A stretch of DNA of 16,099 nt from Verrucomicrobiales bacterium (GCA_046075565.1 JBJTQJ010000056.1:1-16099), one strand, 5' to 3'; shown: positions 1-10,827, counted from the stretch's first letter. Made by a program: numbers and translations. The notes: generated from the sequence alone by a model not told the origin.

Positions 1-163
1 GGCATTCATAGTGTATGCCCAGATGCGTGCGCTTCACCTCTAAGGGGCAAAGACAACGCGGACAATTGGGCTTCGCTTCCATCTCGATGTCCGAAGATGG
101 CGCGGAGTTACGTCGCGTGCAAGCATGCGGCCGGAAACGAAAAAGAGTTCGACGATCATGAAT

Positions 164-319
164 ACCGGAAGCCGACGGGGTCGTCGGCGATCCCAGCGAA
201 CCGGAAGCCGACGGGGTCGTCGGCGATCCCGGCGAACCGGATGCCGACCGTGACCCAGCCTTCGCTGGAAGCTACGGCGGCCAGGCTGTCGGCGATCCCA
301 TCGATCCCAGCGATCCCGG
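164..319. repeat. Tandem REP-like palindromic repeat cluster downstream of sucB
   Basis: Two abutting 36-bp units, 164-199 and 200-235 (ACCGGAAGCCGACGGGGTCGTCGGCGATCCC[A/G]GCGA, one difference), each with the hairpin GCCGACG-GGGT-CGTCGGC. A third, diverged unit starts at 236 and is interrupted by about 31 bp. It is followed by three 9-bp units CGATCCCAT/CGATCCCAG/CGATCCCGG (293-319). Confidence 0.85.
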
Positions 320-331
320 AGGAAATGGAGA

Positions 332-1480
332 TCAGACTCCGACGAGCAGGCGTGTGGGTTGCTCGATCGATTGTTTCACCCGGATGAGGAAGGTGACGGC
401 TTCCTTGCCATCGACGAGGCGGTGGTCGTAGCTAAGGGCGAGATACATCATGGGACGGATCTCGACCTTGCCATTGATGGCCACCGGACGTTCCTGGATG
501 CTGTGCATGCCGAGGATACCGGATTGGGGCGGGTTAAGAATCGGCGTGCTGAGCAGCGAACCATAGACTCCGCCGTTGGAGATGGTGAAGACACCACCTT
601 GCAGATCCTCGAGACCGAGTTTGCCTTCTTTCGCCTTGCGCGCGTATGCAGCGATGTCGCCTTCGATTTCGGCGAAGGATTTTTTATCGGCATCACGCAA
701 CACGGGCACGACGAGTCCCTTTTCGGTGCCGACCGCGACCCCGATGTCATAGAAGTGATTCTGAATAAGATCGTTACCGTCGATGCGGGCATTGATCTGG
801 GGCACGGCTTGCAGGGCATCAACGACGGCCTTCACGAAGAAGCTCATGAAGCCGAGTTTGAGTCCGTATTTCGCGACGAAGCCGTCTTGCAATTCCTTGC
901 GCAGGCCCATGACGGCGCTCATGTCCACTTCGTTGAAGGTGGTGAGGATGGCGGCGGTCTGCTGGGCATTGACCAGATGGGCGGCGATCTTGCGGCGCAG
1001 CGGGGTCATTTTCACCCGCGTGACGCGGCCTTCGGTGCGAGGCGCCGAGGGGGCTTCGCTTGAGAGGGATGGTCCGCTGGCGAGCAAGGTGAAATCGGGT
1101 TTGATGGCGGCGGGCGCAGCGGCCTTCGGGGCGGGTTCGGACTCGACAGGTTTGGCCACGGGCGCGGGAGACTGCGGCTTGGCGGCCTCGTTCGCGGGCG
1201 CGGCGGCTTTTTCCTCTTTCGCTGGCGCGGCAGCGGGCGCTCCTTCTCCCGGCTCGATGCGGGCGATCACGGATCCAATGGTCACGTCGTCGCCTTCGGC
1301 GGCTTCATGGCGGAGGATACCGTCGGCGTCGGCTTCGAGTTCCTGCGAGACTTTGTCGGTATCGAGGGTGGCGATGACTTCGCCTTTGCGGACACTTTCG
1401 CCATCTTGTTTGTGCCATTTTCCGATGGTGGCGCTGGTGATCGATTCACCTGCTGCGGGGACTTTGACTTCGATGCTCAT
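332..1480 (-). CDS. sucB: 2-oxoglutarate dehydrogenase E2, dihydrolipoyllysine-residue succinyltransferase
   Basis: N-terminal lipoyl domain ([10 protein letters not shown], lipoyl Lys), Ala/Pro-rich linker, and catalytic domain with [38 protein letters not shown] and [10 protein letters not shown]. Lies directly downstream of sucA. Confidence 0.98.
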   Translation of the reverse strand: MSIEVKVPAAGESITSATIGKWHKQDGESVRKGEVIATLDTDKVSQELEADADGILRHEAAEGDDVTIGSVIARIEPGEGAPAAAPAKEEKAAAPANEAAKPQSPAPVAKPVESEPAPKAAAPAAIKPDFTLLASGPSLSSEAPSAPRTEGRVTRVKMTPLRRKIAAHLVNAQQTAAILTTFNEVDMSAVMGLRKELQDGFVAKYGLKLGFMSFFVKAVVDALQAVPQINARIDGNDLIQNHFYDIGVAVGTEKGLVVPVLRDADKKSFAEIEGDIAAYARKAKEGKLGLEDLQGGVFTISNGGVYGSLLSTPILNPPQSGILGMHSIQERPVAINGKVEIRPMMYLALSYDHRLVDGKEAVTFLIRVKQSIEQPTRLLVGV

Positions 1481-1535
1481 GCGATAAAAACCTGGAGTGA
1501 AAAGATTGGTGGAGACGCGGGTAGAGTGGCATGGC

Positions 1536-4283
<2,748 letters not shown>

Positions 4284-4456
4284 GAGTAGGAGGCAGCGCG
4301 CTGGAAGATACGCTCCCGCGCGTGGAGCGAAGATCTAAGCACGTTCCAGACAAAAGGAAAAGTGAAATCCATGGAAATTACGCCCCACTAGCCGCCGATT
4401 CTGCTTTTTCCAGAATCACCGCACGGAACCACCCGCCGGGGACGTTTAGAATGGGA

Positions 4457-5323
4457 ATGTCCCAATCCCCTGCCCCGGCCTCCCCCGCCGACTCCGAGCT
4501 GATTCCCGTAGCCCACTACGGTGAGGAAGGCGAAGCCATGGAACGGGCGCTGGTGGTTCTGGCCATGAATTCCGAATCGGTGGTGGATCCCACGCCCGAT
4601 GGGGGATTTGACGTGCTCGCCGAGCCCGCCCGGGCGGAACGGGCGAAGGTCGAGATTGCCGCTTTCGACGAGGAAACTTCCCAACCGGTCGCTCCAGCGC
4701 CACCCCTGCCCCAAAATTCGCCCGGCCTCCCGGCCGCCTTCCTCTGGGCCATGTCGCTGATGGTAACCTTTCTCTGGCAGGGAGAAAACGGGGCTGCGGT
4801 GGACCGGCTGGTCTCCTCACCGCAGGCGCTGGCTCCGGCGTGGGAATGGTGGCGGCCCATCACCAGTCTTTTCCTGCACGCCGACATCGAGCATCTGTTG
4901 GGGAATCTCGGCCTGGGTATCCTCCTCGGCCTATGGTGCGGAAACACGATCGGCAAATGGCGTGGCTGGATTCTGATGCTCGCGGCCGGCGCAGTGGGAA
5001 ATTTCTTCAATATCCTGGTCCGGCGTGGTGAGGATTTTTCCTCGCTGGGCGCTTCCACAGCGGTCTTCGGGGCACTCGGTCTCCTCACGGGCGCCGGCTT
5101 ATGGCACTCACTCCGCCATCCTATTCGGAGGGGCTGGCTGCGTCCGTTGGTGCCGTTGTTTGCGGGTCTCATCCTACTTTCCTGGCTCGGCGCGGGCGGT
5201 CCGAGGACGGATGTGAGCGCGCACCTCCTTGGGTTCGCGTTCGGACTGGTCATGGCACCGGTGGCCATGATTTTCAGCCCACGGCCATCATCGACTCAAG
5301 GATTGGCCGACGGATCGCGGTGA
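4457..5323 (+). CDS. Rhomboid family intramembrane serine protease with N-terminal soluble domain
   Basis: WWRPITSLFLHADIEHLLGN, catalytic LGASTAVFG (Ser) and AHLLGF (His), and about six hydrophobic helices. Start is uncertain (ATG 4451 or 4457). The track's GTG at 4322 would occupy the divergent promoter region shared with sucA. Confidence 0.9.
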   Translation: MSQSPAPASPADSELIPVAHYGEEGEAMERALVVLAMNSESVVDPTPDGGFDVLAEPARAERAKVEIAAFDEETSQPVAPAPPLPQNSPGLPAAFLWAMSLMVTFLWQGENGAAVDRLVSSPQALAPAWEWWRPITSLFLHADIEHLLGNLGLGILLGLWCGNTIGKWRGWILMLAAGAVGNFFNILVRRGEDFSSLGASTAVFGALGLLTGAGLWHSLRHPIRRGWLRPLVPLFAGLILLSWLGAGGPRTDVSAHLLGFAFGLVMAPVAMIFSPRPSSTQGLADGSR

Positions 5324-5922
5324 GGCACGGTATGGCGCACCGGCACGCGGTGGGCGAAGACCGACCAGAAAAGATGGCCAAGGGCGAAAAAGACCGCCGC
5401 GAAAACCACACCGCTAATCAGAATCCCGATGGCGTAAGGCAGTGCGAGCGGTTTGAAGATACTCGAGAAGTCGGGCTGGGAAAGTTCGTAAGCGGCCCTG
5501 ACACCCTGCGTGCGCCACACTCCGAAAATCATCTCCAGACGATCAAAAGCCTCGCCCGCCTTGCCGGCTCCGGGCACGAATCGTTCGAGGGTCCAGAGTC
5601 CGATGATGGTTTGGAAATACATCTGCGGGACCCATGTGAAGAAATTTGAAATCCAACAGGAAGCCAATCCCACCGGGATATTCCACTTTCTCCACATGTT
5701 GATGATGGCCGTGATGACCATCTGCGGGGTGAAGGGCGGCAGCATGGAAAAAAACATCCCGCAGGCGAGGCCATTGCAGAAGCTGTGACGCTCGGGCACC
5801 CACAGGCGGCGATCAAAAACCCTCGCCCCGAGCCAGCGGTGCGCCGAGGACGCACGCTGCTTCCGCGGATGACGAAGCATCCGGTAGAATTTGCGGGCGA
5901 GCTTTCGGTAATGACGTTCCAT
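5296..5922 (-). CDS. DUF2062 family membrane protein
   Basis: The last 208 aa of the 514-aa track ORF (MERHYRKLARK...). Contains SFCNGLACGMFFSMLP...WNIPVGLASCWISNFFTWVPQMY and a C-terminal hydrophobic helix, typical of DUF2062. The upstream part of the track ORF is antisense to glnB/uppP. Overlaps the rhomboid 3' end by 28 bp. Confidence 0.8.
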   Translation of the reverse strand: MERHYRKLARKFYRMLRHPRKQRASSAHRWLGARVFDRRLWVPERHSFCNGLACGMFFSMLPPFTPQMVITAIINMWRKWNIPVGLASCWISNFFTWVPQMYFQTIIGLWTLERFVPGAGKAGEAFDRLEMIFGVWRTQGVRAAYELSQPDFSSIFKPLALPYAIGILISGVVFAAVFFALGHLFWSVFAHRVPVRHTVPHRDPSANP

Positions 5923-6033
5923 GTCAATCTTCGGGCCTGAACCTTGCCGCAACTCAATACGGGAGCAAAGGAAATCCGGGAGGAAAATTTCTTGCACATC
6001 GCTCCCGGCTCCCCTTAGTGGATTGGCGAAAAC

Positions 6034-6372
6034 ATGAAGCGAATCGAAGCCATCATCAAGCCATTCAAGTTCGAGGACGTGCGGGAAGCGCTGGCCGGCA
6101 TCGGAGTGCATGGCATGACCGTGACCCAAGTCCGCGGATTCGGAAGGCAACAAGGCCACACGGAGGTTTACCGCGGCAGCGAATACAGCACCGACTTCGT
6201 CCCCAAGACCAAAATCGAGATCCTCATCGAGGATTCGCAGGCCAAGGAAGTTGTGGCGGCCATTTGCGAGTCCGCGTGGACAGGCAAAATCGGCGATGGA
6301 AAAATCTTCATCCTCCCGATTGACGACATCACGCGGATTCGTACCGGTGAAACGGGATCCTCCGCCGTTTGA
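6034..6372 (+). CDS. glnB: Nitrogen regulatory protein P-II
   Basis: Canonical 112 aa with AIIKPFK, T-loop [17 protein letters not shown] (S49, Y51), K58, B-loop [10 protein letters not shown] and RIRTGE. No adjacent amtB, so called glnB rather than glnK. Confidence 0.96.
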   Translation: MKRIEAIIKPFKFEDVREALAGIGVHGMTVTQVRGFGRQQGHTEVYRGSEYSTDFVPKTKIEILIEDSQAKEVVAAICESAWTGKIGDGKIFILPIDDITRIRTGETGSSAV

Positions 6373-6399
6373 TTCCCCCACGGCAACCCGACGCCATTC

Positions 6400-7257
6400 A
6401 TGTCCGATTCGCTGACCATCACACAGGCTATTATTCTCGGGGTCGTGGAAGGGATTACGGAATATCTTCCCATCTCCTCGACCGGTCACCTCATCGTCAC
6501 CCAGCGAATCCTCGGGATTCCGATGGATAGCGAACAAGCCAAAGTGGCCGCTGACGCCTTCGCCATTTCCATCCAAGGCGGCGCCATTCTCGCCGTGGTT
6601 GGTCTTTACTGGAAAAGTGTGATGCGAATGGGCGCTGGTGTTCTCGGCAAAGACCCCGAGGGACTCCGACTGGCAATGGCGCTGGTCACCGCATTTTTGC
6701 CGGCCGTGGTTATCGGACTGGCGGCAGGCGATTGGATCAAAAGCCACCTCTTTGGCATGTGGCCGGTCATTGCGGCTTGGATCATCGGAGGGATTGCCCT
6801 CTTGATTTTCGCGGGGAAACCGGAACCGGAAGCTCCCCACACGGGGCCGAAACCTCTCCCCATCCCCACCCTAAAACAGGCGCTTTTTATCGGATTGCTC
6901 CAATGTGTGGCCATGTGGCCGGGCACCAGCCGCTCGCTCATGGTCATGGTGGGTGGTCTTATCGTCGGGCTCGGCCTGCGCCGATCGGTCGAATTTTCCT
7001 TTTTGCTGGGCGTGCTCACTCTGGGAGCGGCTACGGCGAAAGATACGCTGGAATTCGGCCCGCTCATGGTGGAAACTTACGGAATGGACAGCCTCGCTGC
7101 CGGATTCATCGCCGCCGCCGTCAGCGCCTTGCTGGCGGTCAAGTGGCTGGTCGGCTACCTCGGTCGCCACGGTCTGCGGAGTTTCGGTTATTACCGCATC
7201 GCCGCCGGAGTGGTCGTGGCCGGGCTGGTTTTGCTTGGCCGACTCCCAGCCCACTGA
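6400..7257 (+). CDS. uppP: Undecaprenyl-diphosphate phosphatase (BacA family)
   Basis: Signature motifs ILGVVEGITEYLPISSTGHL and AMWPGTSRS, plus EFSFLL and FGYYRI. Polytopic hydrophobic profile. Confidence 0.95.
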   Translation: MSDSLTITQAIILGVVEGITEYLPISSTGHLIVTQRILGIPMDSEQAKVAADAFAISIQGGAILAVVGLYWKSVMRMGAGVLGKDPEGLRLAMALVTAFLPAVVIGLAAGDWIKSHLFGMWPVIAAWIIGGIALLIFAGKPEPEAPHTGPKPLPIPTLKQALFIGLLQCVAMWPGTSRSLMVMVGGLIVGLGLRRSVEFSFLLGVLTLGAATAKDTLEFGPLMVETYGMDSLAAGFIAAAVSALLAVKWLVGYLGRHGLRSFGYYRIAAGVVVAGLVLLGRLPAH

Positions 7258-7262
7258 GCGCC

Positions 7263-7895
7263 ATGCGCCTGAAAATTTCCGCCATCCTTTTCGCCCTTGC
7301 CGCCGCGCTCTGCCTTACCACGGCACAGCCCGCGGCCAAGTCGGTGCGGTTACCCCTCTGCGACGGGTTCGATTTTCCGGTCGGCCCTCCGGATGGCAAG
7401 GGATACTACATGGCCCGGGGATTTTGGCCACACGGCCACCTCGGCGACGACTGGAACGGGGTCGGCGGTGGCAATAGCGACCTCGGAGATCCCGTTTACA
7501 GCATCGCAGCGGGCGTCGTGACCCTTGCGGGCAATATGCGGAAAGGCTGGGGCAACACCGTCATCATCCGCCATGCCTACCGCGACCGGGCAACTGGGCG
7601 CATTGCCTTCATCGATTCTTTTTACACCCACCTCGATGCCATCAACACGAAACTCGGCACGTTCGTGAAAAAAGGCCAGCGCATCGGCACCATCGGCTCG
7701 AACAGCGGCATGTATCCCGCCCATCTCCATCTCGAGATCCGCAAGAACATCAACATCGGCCTGCACCGGATGAAACACGCCCAGGACTACAGCAATTACT
7801 TTTCGCCGGTGCACTTCATCAAGGCCAACCGCCAATTGGCCAAAGAACGCGGTTCGGTGGTCGTGCCCGTGGACAACTACGAACCCTACAACTGA
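7263..7895 (+). CDS. Secreted M23 family metallopeptidase
   Basis: ATG at 7263, 5 bp after the uppP stop, gives the signal peptide MRLKISAILFALAAALCLTTAQPAA. Zinc motifs HLGDD (HxxxD) and AHLHLE (HxH), plus YTHL and VKKGQRIGTIG. 210 aa. Confidence 0.9.
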   Translation: MRLKISAILFALAAALCLTTAQPAAKSVRLPLCDGFDFPVGPPDGKGYYMARGFWPHGHLGDDWNGVGGGNSDLGDPVYSIAAGVVTLAGNMRKGWGNTVIIRHAYRDRATGRIAFIDSFYTHLDAINTKLGTFVKKGQRIGTIGSNSGMYPAHLHLEIRKNINIGLHRMKHAQDYSNYFSPVHFIKANRQLAKERGSVVVPVDNYEPYN

Positions 7896-7898
7896 GCC

Positions 7899-9842
7899 AT
7901 GGAGCCCGGACCGAATGACCGGCCCGGCTTGTCCGGATGGAATCGCCCGCCAGTCGTGGCGGCCGTCGTCACCATTTTGCTCCTGCTGGCCTGGCTGGCC
8001 TTCGCGCCCAAGCCGTGGAACGAAGGCATCGCCGCCGCCGAGGCGAATGGCCGCGCCCCCAAGACCATTCACTACGCGATCAGCGGGCTGTGGTATGGGA
8101 GCTTGGCCGCGCTTCCTCTGGCCTTCGCCCTATTGCCGGTCACGCGGGCCATGCGTCGAAAGCCCTCGGAAATTGCCCCGCCCATCGAGGCTCGGATCGT
8201 ACCGCGCGGTTCGTGGCTTCCCATTGTGATTGCTGCCATCGGCATCGCCGCCGTGCTGGCCAAATCAAGCGCGCCGCGGCTGGAGCAGTCGCTCTGGGAC
8301 GATGAGGAAAAAGCCCTGCGGTATTTCACGGTCGGCCGCTGCTCTCCCGACAAGAACGGGGCCATGAAATTCACTCCCGCGACCTGGTTGGATGCCTTTT
8401 TCAATTACCGCCAGCCGAACAATCACATCCTTTTCACGATACTGAGCAAGGCCAGTCATCAGGCCTCCGGGCACCGGATCGATACTCCCGGCCAACCGTA
8501 TTTCAACGAACGCGCCCTGCGCCTGCCCGCCTTCTTCGCCGGACTGGCGGCCGTCGGTGGGCTGGGCCTCGCCCTCTGGCTCATCGGTCATCCCCGCGCC
8601 GGACTGTGGGCCATGCCCCTGCTTTCCTTTCACCCGTGGTTCCTGCGCTATCTGGTCGAAGCGCGGGGTTACAGTTTGATCCTGCTGCTGGGTCCGCTGA
8701 CCGCGGCCGCGCTCTGGCGAGCACTCGCCGGTGGACGGGCCGGCTGGTGGGCGGGTTTCGCCATCGGCCAGTTCGCCCTGCTTTATACTTTCCCCGGCAG
8801 CGTGCACACGGTCTTCTGGATGAATGTCGCCGCGCTGGCCTGGATTGTTTTTTCCTCCTCCGCCCGCCCATGGCGCGCCCACCTGCTGCCCCGCTGGCTG
8901 GCCGCAAATCTGTGGTCCGCCATCGTGTTGATCGTGCTCATGGCCCCGGCCGTTCCCCAAATGCTCGATTATCTCCGGGAAAATCGCGATTCCATGCCCT
9001 TTAACACGGATTCGGCCCGCAACGTCGCCTCCTTGCTCTTATCCGGAAGCACATGGAACAATTGGGATCCATCGAACCCGCTGGCTCTTGGACTCAAGGA
9101 CATGCTGGCATCCGATACCCGCGTTGCGCTCTCCGCGGCCGCCGTGTTCGCCGCCATGATCGCGGGGCTCGTCCACTGCCTGCGCTCGCACCGCTCCTTC
9201 CTCTGGCTTTGGCTGATCCTCCTCCTCCCCGCGGTGAGTTTTCCCATCCACGCATGGCTCGAGGACCATCCGTTCTATTCATGGTATGCGGTCGGCACGC
9301 TGCCCTTCTTGTGTGGCCTCGCCGCTCTCGGGGTCGAAGGTATCGCGTCCTTTGTTCCTTCCGCCAAACTCCGGCAAACCCTAACCCTCGTGCTTGGCCT
9401 CGCCCTCACCCTCGCCGGTGCCGGCCTCACCGCCAGCCAACGCGAAATCACCACCAGCCATCCCATCGAGCCGAAACGCGACAGCTTTCTGCTCTACCGC
9501 GCCGACGCACCCAATCCGTTCGATGCGCGCCAGCAGGAAATCATCAGCATCGGATTCCATCAGGAAAACATCACCTACGATCCCGGACAACGCCGGCTCG
9601 ACGACGTGAAAAACCAGGCCGCCATTGATGAGCTGATCGCCGAAGCCGCGCGCACCGGCAAACCTCTTTATGTTGATTTCGCGCAGGAAGCCTACGCGCG
9701 TGTGCACTTCCAGGAAATTTTCAAGCGACTGGACAATCCGGACCTCTTCGAACGCGTCGTCGTTCTCCACGGCCTCGAACCCCAGAACACCCGCGTCGTC
9801 TTACGTTACATCGGCAGCCCGGAGCGGGAAATCGCTCCCTGA
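7899..9842 (+). CDS. Polytopic membrane glycosyltransferase (GT-C fold, PMT/ArnT-like)
   Basis: QSLWDDE in the first external loop, NNHILFTILSK, ALRLPAFFAGL and HPWFLRYLVEARGYSL. More than ten hydrophobic segments and a soluble C-terminal domain. Confidence 0.75.
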   Translation: MEPGPNDRPGLSGWNRPPVVAAVVTILLLLAWLAFAPKPWNEGIAAAEANGRAPKTIHYAISGLWYGSLAALPLAFALLPVTRAMRRKPSEIAPPIEARIVPRGSWLPIVIAAIGIAAVLAKSSAPRLEQSLWDDEEKALRYFTVGRCSPDKNGAMKFTPATWLDAFFNYRQPNNHILFTILSKASHQASGHRIDTPGQPYFNERALRLPAFFAGLAAVGGLGLALWLIGHPRAGLWAMPLLSFHPWFLRYLVEARGYSLILLLGPLTAAALWRALAGGRAGWWAGFAIGQFALLYTFPGSVHTVFWMNVAALAWIVFSSSARPWRAHLLPRWLAANLWSAIVLIVLMAPAVPQMLDYLRENRDSMPFNTDSARNVASLLLSGSTWNNWDPSNPLALGLKDMLASDTRVALSAAAVFAAMIAGLVHCLRSHRSFLWLWLILLLPAVSFPIHAWLEDHPFYSWYAVGTLPFLCGLAALGVEGIASFVPSAKLRQTLTLVLGLALTLAGAGLTASQREITTSHPIEPKRDSFLLYRADAPNPFDARQQEIISIGFHQENITYDPGQRRLDDVKNQAAIDELIAEAARTGKPLYVDFAQEAYARVHFQEIFKRLDNPDLFERVVVLHGLEPQNTRVVLRYIGSPEREIAP

Positions 9843-10036
9843 TGGGCATTCTTCAGAGCAACGATGCGTCGTCCGTAACCATCAGGAGCGGAGACGGGAA
9901 ATCGAGAATCATCGCCCGAACGGACATCGCCCGTATGGAGACTCCCCCCGCCTCGTCCATGCCCGAAGACCTCGCCGAAGCCATGACCCCGCGCGACCTC
10001 GTCGATTTGATCACCTGGCTGGAATCGAGGAAGTGA
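9842..10036 (+). pseudogene. C-terminal fragment of a PVC-type heme-binding (CxxCH) domain
   Basis: GIL...SVTIRSGDGKSRIIARTDI...SSMPEDLAEAMTPRDLVDLITWL resembles the SxMP...DLxxxL tail of Planctomycete/Verrucomicrobial putative heme-binding domains. No CxxCH is present in or just upstream of the ORF. It could instead be a translated 64-aa gene (TGATG overlap). Confidence 0.6.
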
Positions 10037-10153
10037 AGCGGTTGATTTCTGCATGATGGCGAGCACTCATCGCGAAACCGTCTCAACATACACTTTCGGT
10101 CGGCGAAGTGGCTCCGGAATGACGGTTGGTTGAATCGCCTTTGAAATCCGTCC

Positions 10154-10258
10154 CCAAAGCAGTGTCGTCCCCGACAGGTCGGGGTTGCCACCGCACTCCG
10201 ACACACCCGCTTGGGCAGTCGCTGTGTTGGACTGCGCCGGCTGTGGCGGCGCTTTCGG
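10154..10258. repeat. Inverted pair of REP-like elements (REPIN-like doublet)
   Basis: CCAAAGCAGTG...CACCGCACTCCGA (10154-10201) faces TTGGACTGCGCCG...CGGCGCTTTCGG (10227-10258). The inner ends GCACTCCGACACA and TGTGTTGGACTGC are 11/13 reverse-complementary. Confidence 0.7.
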
Positions 10259-10275
10259 TTGTGGCGCACGGCGAC

Positions 10276-10295
10276 TCGTGCGGCACCCCGCACGA
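10276..10295. repeat. Perfect 8-bp hairpin
   Basis: TCGTGCGG-CACC-CCGCACGA, with no U-tract on either side. Confidence 0.6.
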
Positions 10296-10317
10296 ACGGG
10301 TCATACCCAGTTGCAGG

Positions 10318-10341
10318 GCAAGAGCGAGACGCTCTTGCTAC
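10318..10341 (-). repeat. GTAG-tagged REP palindrome
   Basis: The minus strand reads GTAGCAAGAGCG-TCT-CGCTCTTGC: a 5' GTAG tag overlapping a perfect 9-bp stem, 17 bp past the vanZ stop. Confidence 0.75.
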
Positions 10342-10358
10342 GATTGCCATGGAACGAG

Positions 10359-10763
10359 TCACGCCACTTCGCTTACCTTGGACCGCGCCCGCTTCATCAA
10401 AAATCCGGCGAAACCTGAAGCGAGAAAGATCCCCACACATCCTGCGGCCAAATCCATACCGTCGAGCGTGCGACCGGGGATCCAGCCTTGGGAAATTTCT
10501 TCCCCCACCGCGAAGGCGAGGATCAAAAGCACCGGCAGCGACAGAAAGAAATGCCCAGACTTCAGATGGGAACGGGGCCATGCCATACAAGCCAAAAACG
10601 TGAGCGTTCCGAAAAGCACGAAGTGCCCCCATTTGTCACCATAAGGAATGGCCTGGGGAAAGTTCCAGAGTTCAGGCCGCCCCGTATCGGCGAGATAAAT
10701 GATCACGCCGAGAAATGCGGCCATGGCCGCAAAGGCAACCAACCACCATCGAGAGGTCTTCAT
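10359..10763 (-). CDS. vanZ: VanZ family membrane protein
   Basis: 134 aa with DKWGHFVLFGTL, EEISQGWIPGRT and DLAAGCVG, matching the VanZ-like pattern DKxxH...ExxQxxxPGR...D. Four hydrophobic helices. Confidence 0.85.
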   Translation of the reverse strand: MKTSRWWLVAFAAMAAFLGVIIYLADTGRPELWNFPQAIPYGDKWGHFVLFGTLTFLACMAWPRSHLKSGHFFLSLPVLLILAFAVGEEISQGWIPGRTLDGMDLAAGCVGIFLASGFAGFLMKRARSKVSEVA

Positions 10764-10827
10764 AGAAGGGAACAGGAAACCGCCGGATATCCTCCGGAAG
10801 TCCGCCGCATCCTATCCGCCTGCTGCA

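Noticed and set aside
1..9. Possible start of a minus-strand gene (ATGAATGCC) downstream of sucB
   Set aside because: At most three codons are visible, so it cannot be supported or identified as lpdA.
164..235. 36-bp palindromic repeats as a CRISPR array
   Set aside because: The units abut directly with no unique spacers, there are only 2-3 copies, and no cas genes are present.
97..387. 96-aa ORF with a repeated RKPTGSSAIPAN peptide
   Set aside because: It is the translation of the DNA repeat (36 and 9 bp are multiples of 3) and it overlaps the sucB end on the opposite strand.
5923..6840. N-terminal extension of the 514-aa minus-strand ORF
   Set aside because: It is antisense to glnB and uppP. 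Only the part from ATG 5922 looks like a real protein.
6732..7262. N-terminal extension of the M23 ORF
   Set aside because: It overlaps uppP out of frame. The signal peptide begins at ATG 7263.
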